A stretch of DNA of 64,000 bases from Malacoraja senta (lineage: Eukaryota). Positions within the stretch are counted from its first letter, which is position 1. Every line of letters starts with the position of its first letter. The stretch is taken from the NCBI GenBank assembly GCA_038087875.1, contig JAXLNO010002571.1, forward strand, positions 62,001 to 126,000, written 5' to 3'. Under the pieces are notes generated by a model, which worked only from the letters and a program-made list of their open reading frames with translations, was not told the origin of the DNA and ran no database searches. The position numbers and the translations under genes are program-made. Positions 53,115-64,000 of the stretch are shown piece after piece.

Positions 53115-54130
53115 AAAAGCAAATGTGATTTATTGCTAAGAGTACCAAATGATGCTAATAATTGTGTCGACTCTGCAAAAGCTTGCATAAATCTTCCACA
53201 GGAAATCTTCTAAACACTTCATAGATAATTTATCAGAGAGAATAGGTCTTGTATAAGCTAAGAAAATTGATTTTGGTTTCTCAGGGATAGAAAATTAATG
53301 AGTGCATTCATTTCTGCCACAGCACATTTCATCTGCATCTGTCTAAAGCTCGGGTACAAGGGGACGATACTCTGGTAAATCTAGAATCTGGAGAGGCTAT
53401 TTAAATGAAGAAACTTGTAGAATTTGAAACAACTTTTAAATCAGGAGCCTGCAATAGCTTTGATGGAATCTAACATTAAAGCACATGTGCATTCTGCTAT
53501 TTAACGTAGCTTTGCCTTCAGAAATAGACAAGAAAAGTCCGATGCCCAGAGTATAACAACTTCCATGATCAAAATACTTTTAACCATACAAAAACACATT
53601 AAGGAACCTAATGGGCATAGCATCGAAAAAATCTTGACCCCAGCTACATGATTTTAGGACAATAACCAAACATACAGTCAATGTAGGTTTTAAGGAAATT
53701 TTTCTTCTTTTCAGAGACAAAGGGAAATTGGAAGATGAGGTTTAAGGAGTGAGTTTCAATATTCACAACCTTTGTCGTTGGAGTCATGACCACAATGGAA
53801 CAGAGAATGAGCAAGAGGACAGTGTTAAAAGTTCAGGGAGTTTATAGGGAGTGAGTAAGTGCTGTATCTTCTCTAAACTAAAATTGACATTTTCCAATGG
53901 ATTGTGTAATTTACAATCATAACAGTATTTTGTTCCAAATACATGCTAAACCAGATTTTTTTTCCCAGCTATATTTTAAAACTCTCCTCTTCAGACACAC
54001 AAAATATGTTTGGTCTAAATCTACCATGCAACCCGGACAACCTTTTTAACAAAATGTCTCAGCAACCAGTGTCCTGGTTTTCAGGAAAATAATTTCCAAA
54101 AGTAAAGACGCAATGAAACAGAAACTTTAC

Positions 54131-55652
54131 CTTTCTGGTGGAGGTACTTCCGGTAGTAGTAAGCTCCGAGGTCCACATGCTCTACTATATATCGCTTCAC
54201 TTTGTCAGAATGCACAGCCAAGTTTTCCTTTGCTACCTCCAACACTGCCACTCCTGCATTTGTACAGTGCGAGCTCAAGGAAAGTTCAAAGGAGTTGTTT
54301 TCAGATCCGCACAGTGACCCAGAGTTCGACCGGGAGAGGCTAACCTTGCGCTCTCCTTCTCCGCCAATCTCATTCCGGAAGTACGAACAACTTAGCACAA
54401 GTTCATTGCTTTTCTCATCCCCATAGTCTACATTGAGATTCTCTTTTGAGTTCAGGTCTTCTGTGCTTCCTGCAGGAGAGCTGAAGCTGATCGAATGTGC
54501 AAGCGGACCAGCAGACAACGAAGCAGCAGCAGCCGCTGAGGCACCTGTTGTGGTGTTCCTTCTCTTAATAACACTATGCCTGGTCATCGCGGCTTCATTC
54601 AAGTCAAAGAGCACGCTCTGCACATCGTAATGGGCAAAGCATTTTTGGCCAGCCCAGCTCCTCATACTGTCCTCTGATTTGCTGTCCTCGAAGTCTGCCG
54701 ACTTGCCCAACTCACTCTCACCTTTGGCATTGCGCAACTTGCGGAAAATGGAAGAGTCTCCCGTTTCGGATTTTGACCTCCTCTTAAGCGGTTTCTCTCT
54801 TTCTTTGTGCAGTGGCCTGGGACTCCCTCTGTGTGCAAAGAAACCATCAACCGAGTCGTGTTTGGCACTGTCCATGCTGGAACCATAAGCTTTATTAGCT
54901 TCTGCCTTTAATAGCTCGCTGAGTTGCTCTGGTGCTGGGCTGCGTTGATCTGTCTGATCATTTCTATAACCCTTTAATAAATCAAAAAAACTATCTCCTG
55001 ACATACCATGCTTGTCAATGGAGGAAGTGCTACCATACTCACGATGAATAGCAGCTCCCATTTTGTGACTCATAGCTCCATACTCTTCTCCTCCGTCCAC
55101 ATCCAGCTCACTGATCGTGATATCACTATTGCTCCGCTGCCTTATTCTGCGAAGGTTCTTTGCAGGGGACTGGAGGTAACCATCAGGTGTAAGAAACCTA
55201 GAATCCAAGTTCTCCATTTCTTGTGCCTTGCATGGTCTATAATCACTGTGCACCCTCTTCGAGGACAAAGACTCCAGTGAATTTTGATTACTTTGGCACA
55301 ACCTATTGCTTGGGCTACTGGAGTGGATAGACATCACCGTGCCCTCAGGACTGCCTGCAGATTCCTGATCACTTGTTCTGCAAGAGTCCTTCCCCATATC
55401 CTTCCTGGGAGGCCAATCTGCAATTCTTGCTCGAACACCCATTTTAGGCACATTTGGTGTTGCCCCGACATGGTGAGCGCTTTCACTTCGTGGTGGCCCC
55501 GTTGAATTCGCAGAACCAAAAGTGCCATTGGGCGTTCGGAATCGCCGTGTATAGAAGTCATCTGAGCGCGAGCCTATCGTTAGTTCAGGCCCAAAAACTG
55601 AAGTGGCGCTGATGCCCACCCTTTCAGTCTGGGAACGTTTTAAACTGGTCAT
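54131..55652 (-). CDS. SIPA1L1: SIPA1L1 first coding exon (N-terminal 507 codons plus 1 nt)
   Basis: ATG at 55652 starts [11 protein letters not shown]. Contains [50 protein letters not shown] and [12 protein letters not shown], all typical of SIPA1L1. Donor AAAG|gtaaag at 54131/54130 (phase 1). The ORF-track start at 55733 is a TTG. Confidence 0.96.
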
Positions 55653-55903
55653 ACTCCACATTGGTTTCTCACAACAGCTTTCACTAAATGCACGACCATT
55701 TCTTTCATCAAGTACAAATCTCCACGAGAACAACTTCCAAGCAAGTTCAGATGAAAGTTAATAATAATTATTTGTAGAATAATTTTCAAAAATACACATG
55801 TTTGAGCTGATCGTGATCTGTAAAGCTTCTCTCTGATGATCCATGTAGCATTTTCATAATACGGATTTCACAGATTATTTAACTACCGTGGCTTGAAGAA
55901 AAT
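55653..55903 (-). other. SIPA1L1: 5'-UTR part of the SIPA1L1 first coding exon, with splice acceptor at 55905/55904
   Basis: The minus strand reads ttaaccaatgcatttttttctcttttacccccag|attttc: branch point-like ttaac, a polypyrimidine tract and AG, 251 nt upstream of the ATG. Confidence 0.8.
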
Positions 55904-58534
55904 CTGGGGGTAAAAGAGAAAAAAATGCATTGGTTAATCTGGTTCTGCTTAAAGTTGTCTAAAGCAATTTGAAATACCCTCATGAGAGCAGAATACCACA
56001 AGTACTGGAAATCCAAAAAAAGCACATATAACTCTAGGGATCCTTCACGGGGCACTCAGCTTCTGTAGAGGGAGCATCAAACAGATAACGGAGAGTTGAA
56101 TAGTCCAATAGAACTGATTGATGCAGAATTGCAAAACAGCACAAATTGATGATTCCACGATTCAAGTGCCTTGCTTTAGGAGCAGCACGGTAATAACAGG
56201 CAGTGTTGCTGCTGACAGCACGAACAACTTGAGTTCAATTCTAACCTTAGCAGATGTGCTTGCGTTCACACTCTGGCTGCTCTGGTTTCCACCCAGATCC
56301 CCAAAATGTGCTAGATGGTAGCTTATTGATTATAGCAAATTGCCCTGAGTGTAAGTGGGTTGTAAGAGAATTATGATGGTGTTAATGGGCATGTGAGAAA
56401 GAATAGATCATTGGGAGATGCTGGAAGTAATGGAAGTGCCCAGACAGGCAGCATCGGTTTGATGGGCTGAATGGCCTCCTGCGCTGTATGTACATAGATG
56501 TGCAAACTTGAGCCAGGTCATTAGGACTTGACATTAACACATCCAATCCCAGATTTGATCATTTCTGCACTAGACCCCACAAATCAAACCAATCTTGTTC
56601 CCGACACAGAGAAATGAAATGCAGTGAGCCAAAGGTTCTATGTTGAAAATGACATTATTGACATACTCCAAATATGATTTAAAATCATGACTTACAATCA
56701 TTTTATTACGTATATTAATACATTTTTGTGCAGTTTGAACTGCTTTCCCCCATGAATTAGTTTGCTAACTGACTTTTGCTAATTATTGGGGGTAATATCA
56801 ATGGTTCAATGGTACTTTATTGTTGCAGGTACCTGGGTTCAGTAAAATTCATTTTCTGCATACAATCAGTAAAAATCTTACTATAAATAGGCACAATCAT
56901 ACTTGAGTCTAAGAGTGTAGGGGTAGTTGCTTGCACTGAGTCAGTACACAGGGTTTGCCACGTGTCCAGCGGAGTTGTTAAAAATGTAGAGCCTTAGGTT
57001 GGCCACAAAGGCCCGTTGTCCTGGTGGCGGCACTGGGCTGGAGTTGCAGGGGTCTGCCTGGCCAGGTAATGTTGTTGATATCCTCCACTGCTGCTTCACC
57101 GCTTCATACTGCCGCAGGCCATGTCCGATCCATGGGCTTAGCCTTTTGGAGCAGCATCTCATCCACTCAAACCATAGGCTGCAGCAGGGCCACCATTGGC
57201 GGCCCACTCCACAATGCCTCAATCCAGACACTTCAACCCACAAAAATGCTGTTCCTGGCCTTGTGTAGCCACTACTCATCATCCCTATCCTGGGCTGCCT
57301 CCCGCAGACTGCCGCTGCAGGAGGCCAAGTGCACAGTTCGGATACGGCCTGCAGTGGCACGCAGTGGCAGAGCAGCATTGGAGGATATCAACAACATCGT
57401 CTGGCCAGGCTAACCCCTGCAACTCCATCACCAGGAGAACAGGCCTTTATGACTAAACCAAGAAAAATAAAAGTAATATTAAGTTTTTGCAACATTGATG
57501 TTTTGTGCATAGCTCAGATTAAAATTCTTAAGAAAGATGCAGACACTGGAGATATGAAGTAATAAGCAGAAATGCAGTAAATAGTCAACAATTCCAGCAG
57601 CATCTTTGGAGAGAAACAAAAAATATAATGCTTTAGGTTCACCTTTCATCAGAAATTTTCTTATAAAAGATCATCAATCTGAAATGTTGACCATTTCATT
57701 CCCCACAAATATTCTGATCGATTTGTTCATCCTATAATTTAGACTGTCTTTTACCGAGAAACCGAGATAAAATTAAATAAAGTTGAGACATTTAGTCCCA
57801 CTGGTTGTTCAAAGAACCCGTCTTTGAAAATGGTGTTTGATTTTGAGTTATGAAATGCATTTTTTCCCCTAAAGAACATAAAGGAGGTGGGTCAGTGGTT
57901 TAGAACTGAAAACAGATGAATTCAAGAGGGATAAAAGAGGATGTGAAAGAGAAACAAACAAGATGCCAGGAAATCCAGTTCAAAAGAGAGCACTCTGGAA
58001 CAATTCTGCAAGACATCGGAATCTCAATGCATGCTGCAAAATATGACAAATATATGTCAAGATTACAAATCCATTATGGCAGTAAAAATCACCAACATAA
58101 TGCAAAAATACCGATGTTTCCAATACGTTTTTTTAACTTATTTTCTCTTAAAAAGTCTGACAATACAGAAACAACTTTCTGGGTATTTACAAATTTGCCT
58201 TTCTATGAGCAATAAGAAATGATGAACAATTTGTTTACTTGAAAAATTCTCCTGCTCTCCTGATAAGGATTTAAGCTGGGAGTTGAATCCACGAACATTG
58301 CAAATCCTCACATCCAAACCCAGCCCATGCTGAGCACCCATATGCAGACATTTGCTTGGAGTGACGGAATGTCTTTCAAACTTAAAAGGAGAAATAGGAC
58401 CCAATTCAGATCATTCATCTCAAACCAGGACCAAACCTATTAGATCAGTGCCTTCCACCACAGTATAGAACATGACATCTTTACACACCCAATGAATCAA
58501 TCTAAAATATAATGACTCAAATGAATGCAAAGTG

Positions 58535-58996
58535 CTAAACACTTTAACTCTCCTTCCCATTCCCACACTGACCTTTCTGTCCTAGGTCTTCTCCATTGTC
58601 AGAGTGAGGTTAAACGCAAATTGGAGGAACACCATCTCATATTTCACTTGGGCAGATCACAGCCCAGTAGTATGAATATTGATTTCTCTAACTTCAGGTA
58701 GTCCCGGCATTCCCACTCTCTCTATCCCTCCCCCACCCAAGTCGCACTAGCTTTTCGTTTTCACTCAACAAACAGCTAACAATGGCCTGTTTTCTTTCTG
58801 GTTTCTTTATCATTGTTACTTTTTTGCATATCTTTCATTCATTGTTCTTTATCTCTCTACATCATCGTCTATATCTCTCGTTTCACTAATTCCTAACCAG
58901 TCTGAACAAGGGTCTCGACCCAAAATGTCACCCATTCCTTCTCTCCAGAGATGCTGCCTGTCCCCCTGAGTTACTCCAGCTTTTGATGTCTATCTT
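58535..58996 (+). mobile_element. Penelope-like element 3' end with pLTR
   Basis: HFNSPSHSHTDLSVLGLLHCQSEVKRKLEEHHLIF-type GIY-YIG C-terminus, then tctgaacaagggtctcgacccaaaatgtcacccattcc. Confidence 0.85.
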
Positions 58997-60413
58997 AGGT
59001 TATGTACTACATGGCCGTGATCTCGGGAAAACATTTGGAAAAATATTAAAATTAAAAACATTTAAAATGATACTGACATGGGGGTGTATTACCATTCTTG
59101 TTGTGAAATACACAACCATGACATCGTACTTCTAATTTTAGGTTAACTGTGTCTCAAGAAACCACATAAGCTTCTGCACATGTGTGGATAAATACTGCCC
59201 ATTCTAGCCTGGCACTGAGAGGTATGTGAAACAATGAAATAAAACCACTATAAACTATTGATCTGAATCGGGTATTTACAGCGTTGACAATAAACTGGCA
59301 GAAACCCTTTTTATATAAGGCAAACAAACAAATCTTTCAAAGTTGGCACAAATAACAACTGAACCACCGGCACTGATGAAGCTACAAAGCAGGACTTTAA
59401 TAATCAACACTTACAAAGATTCTAGATGGAGCTAGAGTTCAGCGGCTCCATGTGTGCTTGTCCTAGAACAGGATCTACTAACTTCAAATCGCTCCACTCG
59501 TTTAAATTGTTTTTCCATTTGTACTCTTTTAAATTGCTTTTCCATCGCTCTACCTATGTTTGGCTTGCTTGTATTCAGGTGCGGTATTATCTAATTTGAT
59601 TGAATACCTCGCAAACAAAAGCTTTTCACTGTCTTATCGGTACATGTGGCAATAATAAACCTAAACTTTGGGGGCAAAAATAAAATCGAAGACCTTTTTG
59701 CCTGTGTCCCTCCTCCACCCCCTTCACATGACTCTCAATGCTCAATAGCCCTTACCATGAAATTTGACTCAAATTGGCAGAACCAGCAACTTTTTTCCCA
59801 GATTAATAGATACATTTTGACAACGATCTCAGCAATAACCAACAAGAGTACCCCTAACATTTCACATGAAAGGCATTCAGCAAATTCAAAATCACAATCC
59901 TGTTCCTCGGAATAAAGTATATTTAAATATTGCCAAAATCTATTCTGCAAGTGGTTTGTTGATTTGATCCTGCAATTATAAAGACAGGACTTCTACATTT
60001 CTTCATAAAAGCATCAATAAAGCAGCTTGTTAAATACCACAACAAGAGCAGTCGAAGCATTGGGTTGCCTTCTATTATGCCAATGTTTTCAAACCTATTT
60101 TCAAAAGGCTCTTCAGTGATGATCAAAAATAAAACATCACATTAATTCCTCAACAAACAGGTTAAATGATGCAATTAGCAATGGAAATCTTATGCAATAT
60201 TCACCAGTTGGGCATTGGAGAACGAGATATTTGAGAAATCAAAGAGCTCAAAATCTGTTAAATGATCTGTGTCAATTGCATATCTTAAAATATACAAAGT
60301 TGATAGCAGTTGAGAGGTCATTAGTTCAACTCTCACCACAATATGTTTTGAAAGGAGGCTTAGAACAGAAAATTGACAATCTTAAATTGCCCGATTGTTG
60401 TAAAGAACAATTA

Positions 60414-61111
60414 ATGGGCCTGTCCCACTTAGGCGACTGCAGGAGACTTTGCAGTCGCCACATGGTCGCGACATGTTCGCGGGTGGTTGCTGGGGTGTCG
60501 CCTTCATGGTCACGAGGAGTTCCCACATTTTGGGAACTAGTCGCGGCCTTATTATGGTCGCCGTGAATTTTTCATCATGTTGAAAAATTAGCAGCGACTA
60601 GAATGAAGTCGCCATGGAGTGTAGCGGGAATTCTCGAGCCCTAGGTGGGTCGCAAGGAGGTCCTAGTGGGTTGCCAAGAGGTCGAAGGTTCTCGTAGGTT
60701 GGAGCCGGTGCTGACCGGTGATTTTCATTGGCTCATTGGGGGAAAAAAAAGATAAGCAGTAGTTATTAAAACCAAGGTAATGTTAAATGTCCGCCGAACT
60801 TCACAGCCGTGTATCTCTGGCTTCTTAAAAGTTGTCTCCACTCCTTCTCCCCCCCTCTTTAAAGGCCTTAATGTACACTGTGCTTTAGCTGTCTTTATTA
60901 CAGCGCCAACCTTCCTGTTCATCGTGGTGTGTGTCTATATCACCTTGGCTTTGCACCGTGGGAATTTTTTAGACAACGCTCCCCCGCCTGCCTTTGCGAT
61001 GTGTGTGTGTGTGTTCCACTCTGACAGTCGCCGTTCCAGTTCCCGGTTTTTCAGGCGACTGCCGGCAACTTGACAGTCCGCTGAAAAATCACCTAAGTGG
61101 AACAGGCCCAT
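60414..61111. mobile_element. Non-autonomous DNA transposon (MITE) with TIRs
   Basis: ta|atgggcctgtcccacttaggcga ... tcacctaagtggaacaggcccat|ta. The termini resemble those of the 1874-2534 element. Superfamily uncertain (PIF/Harbinger-like ends). Confidence 0.85.
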
Positions 61112-62574
61112 TACTCTCTGTTTCAAAGAAGAGCAGCTGTCCCAGAACTTGACCTCGTCCCTTGCTAACTGTTTGATTCTTAATTTATTTTTCAACAAAA
61201 TGATTAAAACAAAATCATCAATGAGAATTGAGCAACAAATTTCAGGCTGTCTGCATCACAATCATACAGTGAAAAGTATTAGCATGCTATGCAAGTGAGC
61301 ATTACAGTTAAATTGTATCAGATTAAGCTGTAATTAACTGATACACATCAAAACAATACAACAATATCACCTTTACTGGCAAATCATATGAACACCTTTT
61401 GGTTGCATTAAAGGATAAACAAACCACCACAGGACTCTTCAAAACAAAATGTGATTAAATAAACACAATGTGCTTAAATAAAGTTCAGGATTTAATTAAA
61501 ATTAGATCTTTAAATGCAGAAGGTGGAATTATTAACAGTCCCCTTATATTTTAAAAAAACACATTAATAAAGCATCTCCACAAGCATTTCAAAAGCTTCT
61601 TGCAAGTGCTCACAGTAAATGGGATGTTGCCAGTTATCCAGATGATGCCATTTCATATGAGAACGGGGAAAATCAGGATCCACCTGCGGCCCAAATGAAA
61701 ACAATCATCGTTCAACAGCTATCCTCCTGATCATGGAAACAAGTAGACAGGGCTTCAGTTTAGTGTCTCAAGTGAAAGACTGCACCACTGGTATCACTGC
61801 TCCAGCATTGAACTGCTGACTGTTTCAAGTGTGATCATACAGCTGGAATCCACAAGCTTCAGCCCCAAAGGTGGAGCCAAGGTAGCAGCAAATGTTGCAA
61901 TAATATAGGGCAGAACTAATGCATCATATTATCAGGCATCAGGCTTTCAGCAACCGGGAACTTTACCATAAAAGACCTGGCAACGTTAGCACCAATGAGT
62001 AATCGCTAATAAATCGTCGTATGGTTAAAGTATTGCAGATGAGTTTCCGCATATCTGCCAGGAAAGTTGACTCATTTGTTTTTCTAATTTTAAAAAAAAT
62101 CACTGAATCCTCTGAATTGGATTTATTTCCCCCACCCACCTGCCAGAGTATTCTGCCCTCCCAATTTACACTGCTTGGCCTCATTAGCACGCACATTTAG
62201 AATGCCAAGAGGGACACTACCACCTTCCCTCTCTTCCTCGGGCATGTAATCTGTCTGATCAAAAGTATTCATCGGTAGGTCTGTCAGCAACTCCTCCCAT
62301 CTCAAGTGATCAGGCTGAGTAAAACCAACAAAAGCTGGTAACTCTGTACGGATCACGGTCAAGTGAAAGATGTCAGAATTTCAATAACTGTATCCTTCGC
62401 ATACATTTTTTTTAAAGATCTGCCCCACAATATGTGAAACAACATAACACATAAGACCAATGCAATTCTGATATTGTTCCACTGCTCATAGTATGTGGAT
62501 AACCAAGAAATTTACAGATTTGGCGAGTTGGAGCTCAAGCAGAGGCTGAAGCGCAGTGATCAATGTGATCATTT

Positions 62575-63820
62575 TGTTTAAGAAAGAACTGCAGATGCTG
62601 GAAAAATCGAAGGTAGACAAAAATGCTGGAGAAACTCAGCGGGTGAGGCAGCATCTATGGAGCGAAGGAATAGGTGACGTTTCGGGTCGAGACCCTTGTT
62701 CAGACTGATGTGGGGGTGGGGGTGGGGGGGTTGAAGAGGGGAAGAAGAAATAAAGAGGCGGAGACAGTGGGCTGTGGGAGAGCTGGGAGGTGGAGGGGAA
62801 GGAGGGAGAAAGCAAGGACGACCTGAAATTGGAGAAGTCAATGTTCATACCGCTGGGGTGTAAACTAACCCAAGCGAAATATGAGGTGCTGCTCCTCCAA
62901 TTTACGGTGGGACTCACTCTGGCCACGGAGGAGGCCCAGGACAGAAAGGTCAGATTCGGAATGGGAGGGGGAGTTGAACTGCTGAGCCACCAGGAGATTA
63001 GGTTGGTTAATGCGAACTGTACGGAGGTGTTGGGCGAAGCGATCGCCGAGCCTGTGCTTGGTCTCACCGATGTAGAGCAGTTGACACCTAGAGCAGCGGA
63101 TGCAATAGATGAGGTTGGAGGAGGTGCAGGTGATCCTCTGCCTCACCTGGAAAGACTGCTTGGGTCCTTGGATGGAGTCGAGGGAGGAGGTTAAGCGACA
63201 AGTGTAGCATTTCCTGCGGTTGCAAGGGAAAGTGCCAGGAGAGGGGGTGGTTTGGGTGGGAAGGGACAAATTGACCAGGGAGTTACGGAGGGAGCGGTCT
63301 CTGCGGAAAGCCGAAAGGGGAGGAGATGGGAAGATGTGGCCAGTGGTGGGATCCCATTGGAGGTGGCGAAAATGTCGGAGGATTATCTGTTGTATGTGAC
63401 GGCTGGTAGGGTGGAAGGTGAGGACAAAGGGGACTCTGCCCTTGTTACAAGTGGGGAGATGGGGAGTGAGAGCGGAGCTACGGGATATAGAAGAGACCCT
63501 AGTGAGAGCCTCGTCTATAGTCGAAGAGGGGAACCCCCATTTCCTAAAGAATGAGGACATCTCCGATGCTCTGGTTTGGAACACCTCATCCTGGGAACAG
63601 ATGTGGCGTAGACTGAGGAATTGGGAGTAGGGGGATAGAGTCCTTACAGGAAGCAGGGTGGGAAGAAGTGTAGTCCAGATAGCCATGGGAGTCAGTGGGT
63701 TTGTAGTAGATGTCAGTGTGTAGTGTTACCTGCGATGGAGATAATGAGGTCTGGAAATGGTAGGAAGATGTCGGAAATGGTGCTGGTGAATTTGAGTGCC
63801 GGATGGAAATTAGTGGTGAA
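62575..63820 (-). mobile_element. Penelope-like retroelement, 5'-truncated (RT end, GIY-YIG endonuclease, pLTR)
   Basis: PYSQFLSLRHICS...CNRRKCYTC...ITCTSSNLIYCIRCSRCQLLYIGETKHRLGDRFAQH shows the Cys motif and GIY-YIG. The pLTR carries a hammerhead-like motif at 62676-62703. Confidence 0.93.
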
Positions 63821-63867
63821 TGATTACATTTAATGTTATTTAATTAACACTCTGTTATCGGTTTATG

Positions 63868-63878
63868 ACACACACACT

Positions 63879-63928
<50 letters not shown>
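63868..63928. repeat. (CA)n(TA)n microsatellite
   Basis: Directly visible. Confidence 0.97.
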
Positions 63929-64000
63929 AAGTCCTGTTTAATGATCCAGAGATAATAGACGTTGCTGCTTTAAATTGAACTGGTTGTCAGTGCATAGATT

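Noticed and set aside
54081-55733. 550-aa ORF as a complete single-exon gene
   Set aside because: It starts at a TTG and runs past a clear splice donor at 54130. It is the first coding exon of SIPA1L1, starting at ATG 55652.

Overview
Vertebrate genomic DNA, AT-rich and repeat-dense. The repeats (HE1/V-SINE-type SINEs, CR1, Rex1/Babar, HERO-type and Penelope elements) point to a cartilaginous fish, probably a skate or ray; this is inference. The window holds parts of one gene, SIPA1L1 (SPAR; Rap-GAP/PDZ protein), in two opposite orientations. Left of a 200-N scaffold gap (39284-39483), five internal coding exons lie on the + strand: the PDZ exon and four downstream low-complexity exons, all with compatible splice phases. 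Right of the gap, the large first coding exon ([11 protein letters not shown]...) lies on the - strand. The simplest explanation is a mis-oriented contig. The rest is intron sequence with transposon relics. Points of interest: a dispersed Penelope-derived short repeat carrying minimal hammerhead-ribozyme cores (two with an intact catalytic core but no stem I); several candidate unannotated SIPA1L1 exons (3-nt microexon, poison exon, frame-preserving cassette, alternative last exon); a uORF whose stop overlaps the SIPA1L1 start codon; and several fold-back structures. Most ORFs in the supplied track are spurious. Homology calls come from recall of known protein and repeat families, not from database searches, and repeat boundaries are approximate.
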